A stretch of DNA of 64,000 nucleotides from Vicugna vicugna. Its lineage: Eukaryota. Location of the stretch: NCBI GenBank assembly GCA_013265495.1, contig MU058584.1, forward strand, positions 1,710,616-1,774,615. The letters run 5' to 3'. How positions within the stretch are numbered: position 1 is the stretch's first letter; each line of letters opens with the position of its first letter. Below the pieces are notes generated by a model. It searched no databases. It was given only the letters and a program-made list of their open reading frames with translations, and was not told the origin of the DNA. Made by a program: the position numbers and the translations under genes. This document shows, piece after piece, positions 1 to 13,398 of this stretch.

Positions 1-99
1 AATGCTTTCAGGCTTCATGCCAAAATCAGGAATCCTTCCCTTGTTGTTGTTCATAACTGGTGATCAAGGGATGGTGAAATCCTCCAGACTGAGCATAGG

Positions 100-250
100 A
101 GCCGGAAACGCTGTTCCCACAAGATGTGTACCTCACAAGCAGCAGCTACCCGCCATGCCCAGCTTCCCCAGTGCCCCTGTTGTTTCCTTAGCAACCAAGC
201 AGAGAGCCTGGCATATCCCAGAAAGTCCTGCACAGTTGCTACGGAAACCC
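100..250. promoter_or_regulatory. Candidate RFX (X-box) promoter or enhancer
   Basis: GTTTCCTTAGCAAC at 182-195 fits the RFX X-box. ETS-like CCGGAAA at 102-108, several CpGs nearby, non-repeat context. Possible minus-strand donor GAG|GTACAC at 132/131. Confidence 0.35.
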
Positions 251-1454
251 CAGGGCTTTCCTAATTAGAGCCAGGTTGAACTGTAGCTAGTGAGGATGGG
301 CAGACTTTTTCCTTTGGGAAACCTCTTCTTAAAAGGCAAATCAGAGCACCCCTAAACTGTCCACATTTTTCCTCTCACCCTGGTGAGATATGCCCACTCA
401 ATTTGCCTTAACAGCTCTGGGCCTCCAGGCATTGAAACAGTTTTCAAAATCCTTAGTGTAACATAGAGTTTCATAGCCAGAGAACAAGTAGCTTCCCAGA
501 TGTTCTGGGACAGACCTGGGCATGGATATATTTGACAGTTTATCATGTGATCTGATTTTCCCTTGTTATGATCGTGGCAAGAGTATGTGGAGTTTCAGAG
601 AGTTGGTTGGCTGGTGAAGGAGAGATGGAGGGGAACACTGTCCATACTCTTCAGATTATGAGCAGAGATGGGTAGAGACTTGTTCTTCTCGAAAAATCAA
701 CAAGCTCTTACCTATAGAATGTATTTTTCAACAACAGAAATTTTCTCGATCACTCTAGAAAGCTGCTTTTATCAACTAGATTACAAGTCTGGTCACTGGA
801 CTGCTCTCAGCTCCCTGACACTTTCTTCCTTTGTCCCTCCCCAGAAAAGCCCGAACTCCCCATCCGCCATGTAGCATTTCCGTTCCTTTAATTTAACAAC
901 TGGCACTTTTAAAGAAAACCGCATATCCCATGTGGTTTGGGACCACAACCAGCCCACGGTCTCCAACTTCAGGTGAGCCCTTTGCTTACTTGTCTTTGAT
1001 CCATCCCCTTTCCCATTTTTCTCAGTCACTGTTCTTAACCTTCACCTCTTTCTTCCTGCTCCCTGCCTGTCCGTCACTGTCTTCACTCGATGAGCTCTCG
1101 TACAACAGCATCAGAGACTTTAAATCATCTGAAATAAACAGCTTTAACTGCTGAGTGGATTTCTGCAAATTATCTAAATAAGAGCTACTGACTCTTTCCT
1201 TCCAGTTCTTCTTATCCTGCATCTTAAAACATGATGATGACTTTTACAAAGTTCTTCTGGACCTATATAGACCTCAGTTATTGCCCACTCTGTCCTGTGT
1301 CCTCAACCTCTCCTTCAGTACTAATTTTATCCCCTAGGACTATTAACATATGCATCAAGAATTACATCCACAGAAGACAAGACCAGAAATCTCAGATCTC
1401 CTAGCAGCTGCCCTATTTCTCTTCCTTTCCTTAATCAAGCATCTTAAAATATCT

Positions 1455-1670
1455 TTATTCATTCATTCATTTATTTATTCATAGAGTACATTTATTAAAT
1501 CCCTAGTCTTCACTTTTCCAAATACGGGGTTACATTGGTTAATAAGACAAGCAAAATTTCCCTTTCTCTGTGGAGATTACATCCTAGTGAAAGGGCATAG
1601 ATAATAACCAAATAGTGTGTTACAGGGTGAACAGTGCTATGGTGCAAAATTAAAGCCTGAGAAAAGATAA
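1455..1670 (-). mobile_element. LINE2 3' end fragment
   Basis: ATTCATTCATTCATTTATTTATTC...CATTTATTAAAT is the antisense L2 (TGAA)n tail, followed by L2-like body. It appears to resume at ~2420 after an L1 insertion. Confidence 0.65.
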
Positions 1671-1798
1671 TACAAAAGTGAAATCTAAAAAGAAAACTTA
1701 CAATTCAAAATAGCACCAAAAAAAAACCACTAAAAACATGGGAAATTACAACGAGATATGTAAGACTCTACAGAGAAAACTGTGACATATTACTGAGC

Positions 1799-1836
1799 TA
1801 AACAAACAAACAAACAAACAAATAAATAAATAAATA
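1799..1836 (+). repeat. (AAAC)n(AAAT)n compound microsatellite
   Basis: Seen directly. Confidence 0.95.
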
Positions 1837-2161
1837 GGCTAAGTTATTGTATTAGAAATTTCAGTATCATGCAGATGTCATTTCTCTTCAAGTTCATCTA
1901 TACATTCAGTGCAATTAATCAAATTCCAATTCAAAATGGAAAGGACCAAAAAGAGCCAAGACAATCATGAAGAACAAAATTGGAGGACTTACAGTAATTA
2001 AGACTGTGCAGTATTGGCGTGAGAATAGGGAAATCAATGCAATAAAAAAAAAAAAGAGTCCAGATACACACCTCTCCATATGTGGTCACTTGATTTATAA
2101 GAAAGTTGATACTACATAGTTGTGGAGAAAAGTTGAATGTTTCAATCACATTTGTGGGGCT

Positions 2162-2202
2162 AAATGAATGGATGGATGGATGGATAGATAGATAGATAGA
2201 TA
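2162..2202 (+). repeat. (GGAT)n(AGAT)n compound microsatellite
   Basis: Seen directly. Confidence 0.95.
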
Positions 2203-2419
2203 ACATTGACCTAATTCACACCATACATAAAAACAGATTCCAGACGAATTTTAGACCTACATGTGAAATTCTGGAATATACATAGGAGAATATCTTTATA
2301 ACCTTGAGGTAAGTATGAATCTGTTTTTAAAGAACATAAACAGCTCTAATGACAAAGAAAAATATTGATAAAATTTCAATAAATAAGACTACGTTAAAAT
2401 TTAAAATTTCTGTCATACT

Positions 2420-2690
2420 GAACGAGATGAAATTAGAGGATTTTGAACAGAGAGGTGAGTTGATCCTCCTCCTTTTCTATGGAATAAGTCTTAACGCTGT
2501 CTTGAGAGTAGAGTAGAAGGAGGCAGTTTGGAAGTGAGGAGGTGATTTAAAAATGGAGTGAATGTGAGTGGTTAAATTCTAGCTAAAGTGCAGCTAGTGA
2601 GATCTGATTTTAAAAAATATTTTAAAATTGTTAAGTGTGAGAGGAAGACAAAAGTCAAAGACGAAACCAATTTTTTTTTATCTGAGTCAA
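2420..2690 (-). mobile_element. LINE2 fragment (continuation)
   Basis: GGATTTTGAACAGAGAGGTGAGTTGATC and AAAAGTCAAAGACGAAACC resemble antisense L2. Confidence 0.5.
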
Positions 2691-2719
2691 ATCGGTCACT
2701 TTCCAGACTTTCTTGACTA

Positions 2720-3730
2720 TCCAGCACACAGCCTCATTCTCTATCTGATATTATTAGCAGCTTGCTCATTCTAAAAACATCCCATTTATCTGTTCCTGGT
2801 GATACCCTTCCCTTCTTGTTCTTCACCTACTCCTCTAAACTGTCCCCTTCAAGTCCTTTCACAGCCTCCCCCTCTGCCTCCCACTTAGATCTGCCTTCTT
2901 AGGAGTCTAACTTGACCACTGCTCTTCTTCTGCATATATTCTGATCGTAACCTCATCAAGTCATCTGGTTTAATTACAAACATAAATCTATGATTACCAA
3001 ACATACATTTGTGCAGCTGGACATTTGCTCAAACCTCAAAATCATACATGGAACTTTCTGCTGGATACGTCATCAGATGTACTCCTAAGCACGTCATACT
3101 CAAAATTCAAAACTAACCTCATAATTTTTTTTCCCACCCCATAGTGAACTTGCAAGTCTTCCAAGTCTCAATCCACCCAGTTACTTAATCCAAAAACCAG
3201 GGAGTCTTCTGAAATTTCTTCCCGTCTTTTACCCACCCAGCCCTAGAAACTAAGGGTTACCAGTTTTACCTCCTAAATATTTCTTGAACCTACCCCCTCA
3301 TCTCCAACTATACTTGCGTTACTCTGACAAGCCCTTCATGCTCTTTCATGCTGACCCAGTGTAATTTTTCTCTGATTGTAATTCTATATTCTTGCCCCCT
3401 TGGAAATCAACCTGCATACTCTACCTGGATGACTGATCTAAAAATTATGATCTTCTCACTCCTCTGCTTAAAACCTTTCAAGTCTTTTAATCATTTACAG
3501 GATAAAGCAGAAATTCTTTAGCCTTCCACTTAAGACCCTCCATAATTTGGTGCCTATTTACTCTCCAATATCCTTTTCCACTTCCTGTCTTGAATTTTGT
3601 TCTTAAATAATTCCAAGCTTGAAGGTCTCCCACACACTTCCTTACTTCCTTCTTTAATGACTGCAGTTTCCTACATTTGCAGAGCTTTTTTCTTTCCCTT
3701 CTTATCCACTATTTACTAACTAATTTAGTT
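2720..3730 (+). mobile_element. LINE2 fragment
   Basis: C/T-rich L2 motifs: CAAAACTAACCTCATAA, CCACCCAGTTACTTAATCCAAAAACCAGGGAGTC, TCACTCCTCTGCTTAAAACCTTTCAA. Confidence 0.7.
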
Positions 3731-4009
3731 CTTCTGATTCTTCTTTGGGACTCACATCAAATTTAGAATTTATAGTTAAAGATTTGAATTTGAAAAAAAA
3801 TTCTTCCGTTTACCAGATCAATGATTTTTATATGACTCTACTTTTTCCTTTATAAATCAGGGATAATGAAACTTACTTCATTATTGTTATAAAGATTGAG
3901 ATTAGGTATTTAAAGTGTTTATCTCACTTATTAAATGGTAAAGAGCTTACTAAATCTGGAAATACATGACACCACTCTATATGATGACCATACAGAGTGT
4001 ATCTGAATA

Positions 4010-4750
4010 AAATATTGATTTAACATTGAACAATCAGTTAATGTCATTCACAAATATGATGGTCTCGATATATGTAAATCTTTTAACAAAATTCAAAACT
4101 TTCTCATGATGAAAACTCTTGGCAAACTGACGTAAAAGGAAACTTTCTCAGTTTGGCAAAGGGCATCACAAAATAAATTCCTACATCATACATAATCATA
4201 AAATAGTGAACATTTCCTTCAAATATTGGGGGAAAATACGTCTGCTCTCAATCCATTATATTCAATATTATCCTGGAGGTTTCTAGATAGTGTAATAAGA
4301 TAAGAAAAAGAAATGCAATGCATCAATATTGGAAAAGAAGAAATATAACTCTTTATTCAAAGACAATGTGACTGTGTACATAGAAAATCCAAAAGAATCC
4401 GTAGGGGGAAGGAAACACTAGGACTGAGACCTGAATTTACCAAATTCATAGGCACCAAGATCAATATTAAAATATCAATTGTTTTTCTATATACTAACAA
4501 CAAATATTTAGGACACAAAATATTTTTAAAACTATCATCTATGATAAATCTAAGAATATTAGAAACATGAGACTAAGCATAGCAAAAGATGTGCAAAACT
4601 TTTACCATGGAAACTATAAAACATCACTGGAAAAATTATGAAAACCTAAACAAGTAGAGAGATGTACCATATTAATCAATTGGAAGATCAATCTTTTAAA
4701 ATGTCATTTCTCTCCAGAATGATTCATAGATTCAAATCAAATCCAAACAG
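4010..4750 (+). mobile_element. Old L1 ORF2 RT-region fragment (5' part of an interrupted element)
   Basis: Decayed ORF2 RT motifs (TTCAATATTATCCTGGAGGTTTCTAG; GACAATGTGACTGTGTACATAGAAAATCC). Continues in register at ~5886. Confidence 0.8.
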
Positions 4751-5885
4751 ACATGTACAGCCCAGATTTTTTTTTAATTAGTTTTTTTTTTGGTGTCATT
4801 TGTTTTATATTTTAATTTTTTTTAATTTTTTTTTTTTAGTGGAGGTGCTGGGAAATGAACCCAGGACCTCATGCATACCAAGCATACACTCTACTACTGT
4901 GCTATACCCAGCCCCCAGATTTTGGTTCCCAATATCATTCTCCAATAAAAAGAACCAGGGCTCCTTCAAGAAATATTTGATTCTGGGACTAAGGCTGGAA
5001 ATATACACGATGAGCCTGGAGCATCTTGTAATGTCAGAAATTAAAGAAATGCTCAAAACAGTAAATGATGAGATATGTCAAAAAGACACATATCGACTGA
5101 GCAAAACAAAATAGATTGGATTATAACCCAAAGGATAAAACAAATGTCCAGGATTCCACACTGATATAAATAAGCAATTGAATATATAAATAAATGAGGA
5201 AGAATAGACAAATTTTCTACGTAGAAGAATTTCAAATAGTTTATGTGGATACTCTGCCCTCAAGGACCTAGAAAATAATGTCCCACTCCTTTAGTGTAGC
5301 TGTGTATAGTGACTTCAGTGATTACAGTATCAAGAGGGGGAAGAATTGATAATGGATAAGCCTAAATATTATCTCAGCAAGGTGATCAATGTTGACAGTG
5401 ATAAACCATGTTGGAAATATGTACCACTGATATGATGTAATAAGAATAGTACTTTACCTCTGGGGTAAAATTCCTCTCAACATGAGGAAAACATCACAGA
5501 AATCCCAGTTGGGGGACATTCTGCAAAGTACTTGTCCAGCACACCTCAAAACTGGGAGAGTCATCAAAACCGGAGAAAGACCAAGACAATGACCCAGCCA
5601 AGAGAAGCCTAAGGAGACATGAATCAATGTAATGTGGTTTACTAGATGGAATTCTGGAAACCAAAAAGAGCATTAGGTAAAACCTAGGGATATGAATAAA
5701 GCATGGACATGAGTTTAAAATGATACATCGATATTGGTTTTTTAATTGTGACAAATGTACCATACTAATCTAAGTGTAAATAGGAGACATTTGGTGTGGG
5801 AATGCTATGGGCAACCTTTGTAGCTTTCCTGTAAACCTAAATCTGTTCTAAAATAAACAATTCATATTGAAAGAAAAAAAAAACA
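4751..5885 (+). mobile_element. L1MC/L1MD-type 3' UTR fragment nested in the older L1
   Basis: GGGACATTCTGCAAAG...GCCTAAGGAGACATG...ACAAATGTACCATACTAA...CTAAAATAAA followed by an A-tail at ~5870-5883. Confidence 0.8.
4771..4916 (-). mobile_element. tRNA-Ala-derived SINE (camelid vic-1-like)
   Basis: Reverse complement reads GGGGGCTGGGTATAGCACAGTAGTAGAG...GGTCCTGGGTTCATTTCCCAGCACCTCCA plus an A-rich tail. Pol III A/B boxes present. Direct repeat CCCAGATTTT at 4761-4770 and 4914-4923. Confidence 0.85.
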
Positions 5886-7390
5886 CAAGTAGGATTTTTG
5901 TAAATTCTTAAGCTGATTCTAAGATTTATATGGTTATACAAAGACCTAGAAAAGGAAAACAATCTAAATAAAAATAAGGAAGTTGGAAGTTTTACACCAA
6001 CTGATTTTAAGAAGTACTATAAAAGCTAAAGTGATCAAGATATTGTGGAACTGATCAAATGGAGGCTAATAGATTAGTGGCACAGGATACAGAGTCCAGA
6101 AATAGATCCAAGTATAAATATTCAATTGATTTTTGACAAAGTTGTCAATTCAGTTTCACAAAGAAAGAGTCTTTTCAAAAAATGGTGCTAAAGCAGAATA
6201 TCTATATGGAAAGAAAATAAACTTGATTCCTACCTCATCTCATACACAAAAATTTGAGATAGATAATAGACCAAAAACGTAAAAGCTAAAACTATAAAGC
6301 TAATGGAAAAAAAATAGAATGGTGCCCTCATAATCTTGGACTATGGAGAGACTGTTTTGAAGGACATAAAAGATTCTCTCCATTAAAAAATATATATGTA
6401 TAGATGAATTGGAACTTTATCAAATTTAAAAGCTTCTGCTTATCAAAAGGGCATAATTAAGAAAACAAAAAAGCAACTCACAGATTGAAGGAGAGCATTC
6501 ACTACACACATATCTGACAGAGGACTAGTATCCAGAACATATAAAGAATTTCAGCAAATCAGTAAAAAGATACATTACCAAATTAGAGAGACATTTCACA
6601 AAAGAAAATATATGAATGGCCACCAATCACATGAAAAGAAGCTTAATATCATCAGCCCCAGAGGAAATGCAAATTAAAAGTACAATCTCACTGTACACTC
6701 ACTAGAATGACTAAAATTTAAGACTAACATCATCAAGTATTGATGGGAATGTGGAGCTACTGAAACTTTCATACACTGCTGGTGGAACCCTGAATGGTAG
6801 AGCTACCTTAAAAACTTTGGGTAGTTTCTTATGAAGTTAAATGTTACCTTTCTTGTAAACAGTAAGTCCCCTTCTAGGTATTTAGCCAAGATAAATAAAA
6901 GGGTGTGTCCACACAAAGACTTGTACAACAGTGTCCTTAGCATTTTTGTCCATTATAGCCAAACCCCCAAATCTGAAATGTTCAATCCACAAGAAAATGG
7001 ATAAACAAACTGTGGTACATTCATGTAATGAGATACTATTCAGCAATGAAGAGGAATGAACGACATGTTGCATGTTATGTGCTTGTGACACACAACATAA
7101 ATGAATTTCAAAAACATTCTATTGAGGTAAAGAAGTCGTATACTGTATCATTCTATTCATATGAAGCTAAAGAATAAACAAAGCTAATCTATGGGGCTAA
7201 AAATCAGGGCAATGTTTCTCTCTCCAAGTTTAGTGGGTAAAAGTTAACTGAAAAAGAACAGAGGAAAATTTCCTGGAATGATGGAAGTAGCATCTCGACT
7301 TGGTATTGATTTCAAGAGTACGTAAATTTGTCGAAACTAATTATTGATTGTACATTTCCCTATATGTAAAGTACATGTCAATGCAGAAAA
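5886..7390 (+). mobile_element. Old L1 (L1ME-like) ORF2 C-terminus and 3' UTR
   Basis: AAGCTGATTCTAAGATTTATATGG, GAAATGCAAATTAAAA, GGATAAACAAACTGTGGTACATTCAT. Confidence 0.8.
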
Positions 7391-7409
7391 AAATGTCCAT
7401 GTGAAAAGG

Positions 7410-7530
7410 TAAAAGGAGCCTGGGTATCTGAGATCTCAAACTATCATAGCAACCTGGACAAACAGCCTTACTTTTACATGGAAAAAAATTAAACTTGTGG
7501 TTACGTTGTTAAAATAGACTAACCAATCAT
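7410..7530 (+). mobile_element. MLT1 (MaLR) LTR 3' fragment
   Basis: AAGGAGCCTGGGT...CATAGCAACCTGGAC...ACTTTTACATG...TTAAACTT resembles the 3' end of old MLT1 LTRs. Confidence 0.4.
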
Positions 7531-8684
7531 GGTAAATGCAGAAAAGATCATGTCTTACTCCTCTTATTAGCAAACATTTGTTTAATTAAATTGAACATTT
7601 GTATAGAGGAGACCCCTAAGGATATTTCCAGAATTAAATGAACTCAGTAGATTCAACTCATTCCAGAAGCCCCAGCGCCTTCTGCTGAGCCATTTGACCC
7701 AGGTTATTAAAAGCACCCTCCTAGACAATACACATAACCGGGCATTGGTGTGAGAGGATGAGCTCCTATCATGATGATTTATTTTGTGTACTTCCAGTTT
7801 AGTTCCCACTTTTTCTATGAAAGAGGGCACATAAGTTAGGGGCCCCTTTAAGGAAATGTGGAAACATCCTGAATGTCCCCTCAGGAAGGGAAGCTTTCAA
7901 AGCATGATTTATTGTATATTGTTGAGTATTGGGAACTTTATGTTTACCACCTCACCAGGATATGTCTGTGCAATTATAAATTACCAGTTAGCTTCTCCAG
8001 GACTGTGTGTCCCAGTGAGGCTAGATGGCTGAACGTCATGTTGTGTCTGATTCTTACAGAGATGGGGGTCTACACTCCCTTTAAACCATAACTGTCTCTA
8101 AAGAGGAATAATGTTAATTAGGCTGGAGCAGGAGATTTGAAGAGAGACGTCACAGACAACCACCAAATCCAGCCTTTCCTGGAGGAGAATGATGCTCCTC
8201 TTTGCCTGTTCTCCCTGCTGGGAAGGACCGTCCTCTTACTCCAAACTTCGGACAGGAGTTGTTAACAAACACACACCACCTCTTTTGGTTCTAGCGCTCT
8301 CCAGCCTAGTCCTTCTCTTTTGAATTGCTCTTTCCACCCCTGTTATATATGTCATAGCCTCATCATCAGATGTCCCTCTCCTGACTTCATGCCTCAACCC
8401 AGTTCTAGAGTTTATCTCATCCTGTACATCATGTTGCCTGATATATATTATAATATTATATGTAATATTATCATGAAGATGAGAAGAATGAGAGACTATG
8501 GGAGTCTTATATTGAAATAGCTTCCATAGCTCAGATCTGGGCATCTTTAAAGCTAACAATAAACCTCCAGTTTAGCTTCACTGTCTCTGGCTACTGGGAC
8601 TCCATCCCTGTGATAGTGGACACTAGGCAACATGGGGTCACCTTTGTTGGTAACCTCATTCTGGGATTTTTCACAGAACTAAGA

Positions 8685-8920
8685 GACAGTATAATTAGTG
8701 GCTAAAAACTAGGGCTCTAGAGCCAGACGCCTGAAGAGGAATTTCTTTTTGGCCTTGACCATGTTGTTCAACTTCTCTGTGCCTCAGTCTTCTCATCTAT
8801 AAGATAGTAGTGATAAGATGCAACGCTAGCATTTTAATAAGAAGTGAATATAATGTATGTATCACAATAAACTGTGATCAACACATATTAAACAATCAAC
8901 AAACATTCCCTAGTGTTACA
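8685..8920 (+). mobile_element. MIR SINE
   Basis: GGGCTCTAGAGCCAGAC and the core AACTTCTCTGTGCCTCAGTCTTCTCATCTATAAGAT. Confidence 0.85.
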
Positions 8921-11699
8921 TGATTAGCATCATAACTATTATTCCTCACTTTATATAATTGGACCCCTGCCCTGGTCCAGAGGTCCACTGCTCATTTTGG
9001 GTCCAACCTTGGTAACTGGATCCTAGTCCTGTTCCCCTGTGACTGAGATTGTGTCTTGATTAGCTTCTTAATTCCCCAAATTCAAGACCTTACGTTGATT
9101 TTACTCCTTTCCCTACTTCTCACTATTTGTTGTCAATTGCGAGACCCCCAGTCAAGTGCTGGGGGCCCTGCCAACTGTGGTAAACATAACTAGTTTGATT
9201 TTACAAATTCTCTCTCCCCATTGCCATAGATTGGAAATCTGTAAATACACCTTGTTAAGCCAACCGAATCTTCTTCTTGCCGATGGTTCCGTAGGAGCAC
9301 TACCGGTTATCTGCCACCATTATCATTTTTTTTTGAAAGTTTAAAAAACCAAAACCTTGATTTAGAAAGGCCAAAATAATTGTGTGATAATTTGAACAGC
9401 TAGGTAATTTGAACACACATTATGTGTGCTTTATTTTTTTTTCAGACCTCTTAACTTCAGACTGGAGATGAGCAGAAATATGGCTTACACCTTTCCCTTC
9501 AAATAATTCTCAGGCTCCAAACAAGGTGCTGAATCTTTGAGTAAACAAACAGGTTACTGGCAACAGTACCTTTCAACTCTGGAGGCTCTCCAGATGTATG
9601 CGGGAACGAGCTGCTCCACTCACTCTCAAGTCTTTACAGGAATCTTACCCTGAGCAGATCAACAGGCATGGTTAAGGCAGATGGATATGTCACCTTCAGG
9701 ACAACCTGTATTCGCCCTGGGAGGCAGCTGAATTCCTCACGGTTGGTGACGAGATGCTGGAGCGTCACTGTAATGCCTGATCTACACAGAGATAGACCTT
9801 GTCCCCTCCTCCAAATTGTATGGTCTTTTGAGCTAAACTACATTCTAATGAGAGCTCTTTCCAACTCTTCAGAGCAACCGAACCCTGCATTCGAAAGAGA
9901 ACATTGAGTCTGCTCTAGGGTGTCTCACAAGCTCTTTGTTTTCCGGAGCTAAGACTTCCGTAAGACTTCCTTCTAGCTCCTGTAGCTGAATCTGTTCTCC
10001 CAGCATAAGCTGCACTTTACTTCTAATTCCAATGTCTGGCCCATTTGCACTCGCCTCGTTGCACTTAAAAAGAACCTGCCCTATCGTGTTTTTAATATAC
10101 GGCATGGCTACAGAATTCGTACATACGTTTGAGTGCTTGTATGTTGATTTATCTCATGAAGAAAATAAAGATTAAATTTCTCAAAACTTCTCTTAAGAAA
10201 ATCTTTCAGCATTTATTTTTGGACTCTCTTTATACTGTGAAATATATACTTCACATTTTTCATCTTGTAAAATAACACAAACTTTCATCTGCAGAATATT
10301 TTAATTTGTAAATTTTCTAGCTGTAGTTCATTTGATCTTCATAACTAGCTTTTAAAAATTTTGAACCAAGGATCAGCAAGTTTATAGAACTTTCTCCAAA
10401 ATAAATATATAGTGAGAGCCAGGATTTCAAACTAAAGCCAAAGTCAAGTCTCCAGGACTTAAGGTGAGAGCTTTTTTTAGTGAAATCAAATTCTCAGAAA
10501 GTGTTAAATTGTGATGGACCTCGAAATGAACATAAAGTCATTTTATTCTTCATTGTTTAGTCAAAATTAAGAAAGGAATATTTGTGTCCATTTATGAGCT
10601 TTCTAAGTATGGTCTTCATTTAGGCAGAACAGGGCCAGGGCTTCAGTCATATGTATTGGATCCTATTTAAATCTGCAAAATACTCTCTTCTCTCAAGAAA
10701 TCCCATCCTTTTTAGGTCTCATGTGCCAAGAAAGATGGTGATGGCCATTCTTCCGATTCATAAAAAGTCCTTTCCCTTAGACCAAGCTGCTAATTAAAAA
10801 TGTTTTCTAAGGATGCCAAGAGGCAGCCAATAAGTTGTGGTCCACACCTCCTGAGCACAACATTGAATGAGAACTCCCTTGGCCCCTAAGGCAGTGTTCT
10901 TACACCTGCAAGGAAGTCACAATAATATAGCACTTGGTTTTCCAAGCAACTTGTGTCCTCACCAGGCCACTGTGATTGGGATGCAGCACTAGCCAGCAGG
11001 GGTCAGAAGGAGAGAAAGTTAGAAAGATGTAAATGTTTTGTAACATTATTATAACAATAGGACCATCTGGGAAGTGTATATTATAGACAGCACATTCTGA
11101 AAATTGAGAATATAGCCATTAAATGTCTCACAGAGAAAATTAGATTTGGCCAAATGATCTGAACGAAGAATGTACCAAAAGAACGCGACCCTCCCCGAGG
11201 ACTTTGCTGGCTAGAACAATTTTGTGGGTAACTTTTTAGGCACTAAATCCTACATTATACCTACTCAGGACACATTCAACAGAAGTCAAACTAGCAGCAC
11301 CAACCTTCAGCTGATATTAGGAAAATATATATTAAAATGATGTAATTAAATATATATGTAATATTTATACGTGTCAACCAGTATAGCACGCACTGAATGC
11401 ACACATGTTGAAAGAGAAATGTAGAGTTGAGAAATGATTAGGGTTGAATAGGTGGTAATAAGCGAAGGTTTCTAGAGAAATGTGTTTCAAACTAGGGCTC
11501 AAAATATAGTAGAGGGCAGAGAAAAGTGACTTCCATTTGGGGTGAATTGAGTAAGGAAAGACATATACAGCTTAAATATGAGAAATGGCAAAGCAGTTAG
11601 CTTGACTCCTATAGAAGGGCTGTATCGACAAAAAAATGAGAAATCATATTGGCATATAATGATGGCACTTTAAAATGCAAGAATGATGTGTATCTAAAC

Positions 11700-12010
11700 T
11701 AAAACTCCAACCGTACCAAAATCAATCTTCTTGTAGCGCTCTTTGGGTCATATTACTCATCTGCTCAAAAGCCTTTATCGACTCTCATCATTCATTAGGC
11801 AGAGGAGTGACGTCATCAGAGGGAGTTCCACAGGCAGACACTTGGCTGCATCCTGCATTCTAATTTACTTTCTCGCTACTCACCACCCTCAACCCGCATT
11901 CGTATCACGTCCTCCAGTCAATTAGACAACTTACTATGCTTTGAAATTGTCTCCCACAATCCCATCCCTCTGCTTGTCATTGTGACAGTCCCTCAACCTG
12001 TGTTCTTCCC
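11700..12010 (+). mobile_element. LINE2 fragment
   Basis: TCATATTACTCATCTGCTCAAAAGCCTT-type L2 motif. Confidence 0.45.
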
Positions 12011-13398
12011 TTTTTTTTTTAAAGCATCTTTGAGGTATAATTCACATGGTGTAAAATGCACTCATTTAAAATGTACGATGCAACAGTTGTGTATTGACAG
12101 TTGTGCAACTATTACGCTGGTCCATTTAGAACATTTGCATCATTTGCAATAGCAGCCACTTCCCATTCTTACCCCTTTTTACCCCTTTCTTAGACAACTG
12201 CTAATCTACTTTCAGTCTATAAGTTTTCCTATTCTGAAAATTTCACGTAAGCAGAATCAGAAAACATGTCACCTTTCGTGACTGTGTTTCTTTATGTAAT
12301 GCTTTCAAGTTTCACCAGTGTTTTCACAAGTATCTGCACTTCATTTCTTTTTATTGCTGAATAATACTTTGTTAAATGGATATGTCACATTTTACTTACC
12401 ACTCGTCAATTGATTACATTTAGGTTGCTTTCACTTTTAGTCTATTAAGAATGATGCTGCGACATTGGTTTACAAGTCTTTGTGTAGACATATACTTTAA
12501 ATTTTCGTAAGTATACGCTTAGGTGTGGAATTGCTGGATTATGTAGTAACTACGTAAAGCATTTTGGAGAAATTCCAAACTTCCAAAGTGGCTGCACCAT
12601 TTTACATTGTCAACAGTAATGTATAAAATTATCAATTTCTCTACCGCCTTACCACTACTCGGTATTTTCTGCTTTTGATAGTAGCCATCCTAACGGATGT
12701 GTTGTAATATCTATTGTGTTTTTGACTTGCATTTGCCTAATTACTAAATGTGTTGAGCATCTTTTCATATGCTTGTTTGCCGTTTTGTATGTAGCTTCTT
12801 TAGAGAAATGTCAACCCAAAAATCTTAAATTAGGTCATTTGATTTTTTTTTTTTATTTTTGAGCTTCATGAGCTTTTTTTAAAAGTATATTTTTGTACAT
12901 CAGTCCCTTGTCAGATAATGTTTTCCAAATATTTCCCCCCATTCTGAGTGTTGTCTTTGCACTTTCTTGAAGATATCATTTGAGATACGAAAGTTTTTAC
13001 TTTTGATGTATTCCAATTTATACATTTTTTCCTTTTTCACTTGTTTTTTTTTTTTTGGTGTCATATCTGAGAGAGTGTTGCCTAATTCAAGGTCACAAAG
13101 TTTACTCCTAAATTTTCTTCTAAGAGTTTTATAGTTTTAATTCTCACATTTAGGTCTATAATCCATTTTGAATTAATTTTTGTGTCTGATGTGAGGTAAG
13201 GGATAAAATTCACTCTTTTGCATGTGAACATTCAGTTGTCCCAGCATCATTTGTTATTAAGACTGCCCTTCCCCTTACTGAAATGGCTTGGTACCTATGT
13301 CAAAAATCAACTGACCATAAATCTAAAGATGTGTTTCTGCACTGTTAATTCTATTCCATTGATCTGTTTGTCTATCCTTATGCCAGTACCACAGTGTC
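12011..13398 (-). mobile_element. L1MB-like 3' end and ORF2 C-terminus
   Basis: Poly-T head, TTTGAGGTATAATTCACAT, CCAAAGTGGCTGCACCATTTTACATT, CAGTTGTCCCAGCATCATTTGTT, CTTATGCCAGTACCACA. Confidence 0.9.

Larger units (their letters stand above)
1675..2415 (+). mobile_element. Old L1 ORF2 fragment nested in L2
   Basis: A-rich L1 ORF2 signatures: ATGGAAAGGACCAAAAAGAGCCAAGACAATC, GAGTCCAGATACACACC, CACACCATACATAAAAA. Confidence 0.75.

Noticed and set aside
9430..9560. Splice-acceptor-like polypyrimidine+CAG (also near 43130, 43810 and 52160)
   Set aside because: No consistent downstream coding exon or chain of exons. Such motifs are common by chance, and lncRNA exons cannot be assessed without RNA data.
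11808..11815. Palindromic CRE TGACGTCA
   Set aside because: A single 8-mer inside an L2 relic with no supporting context.
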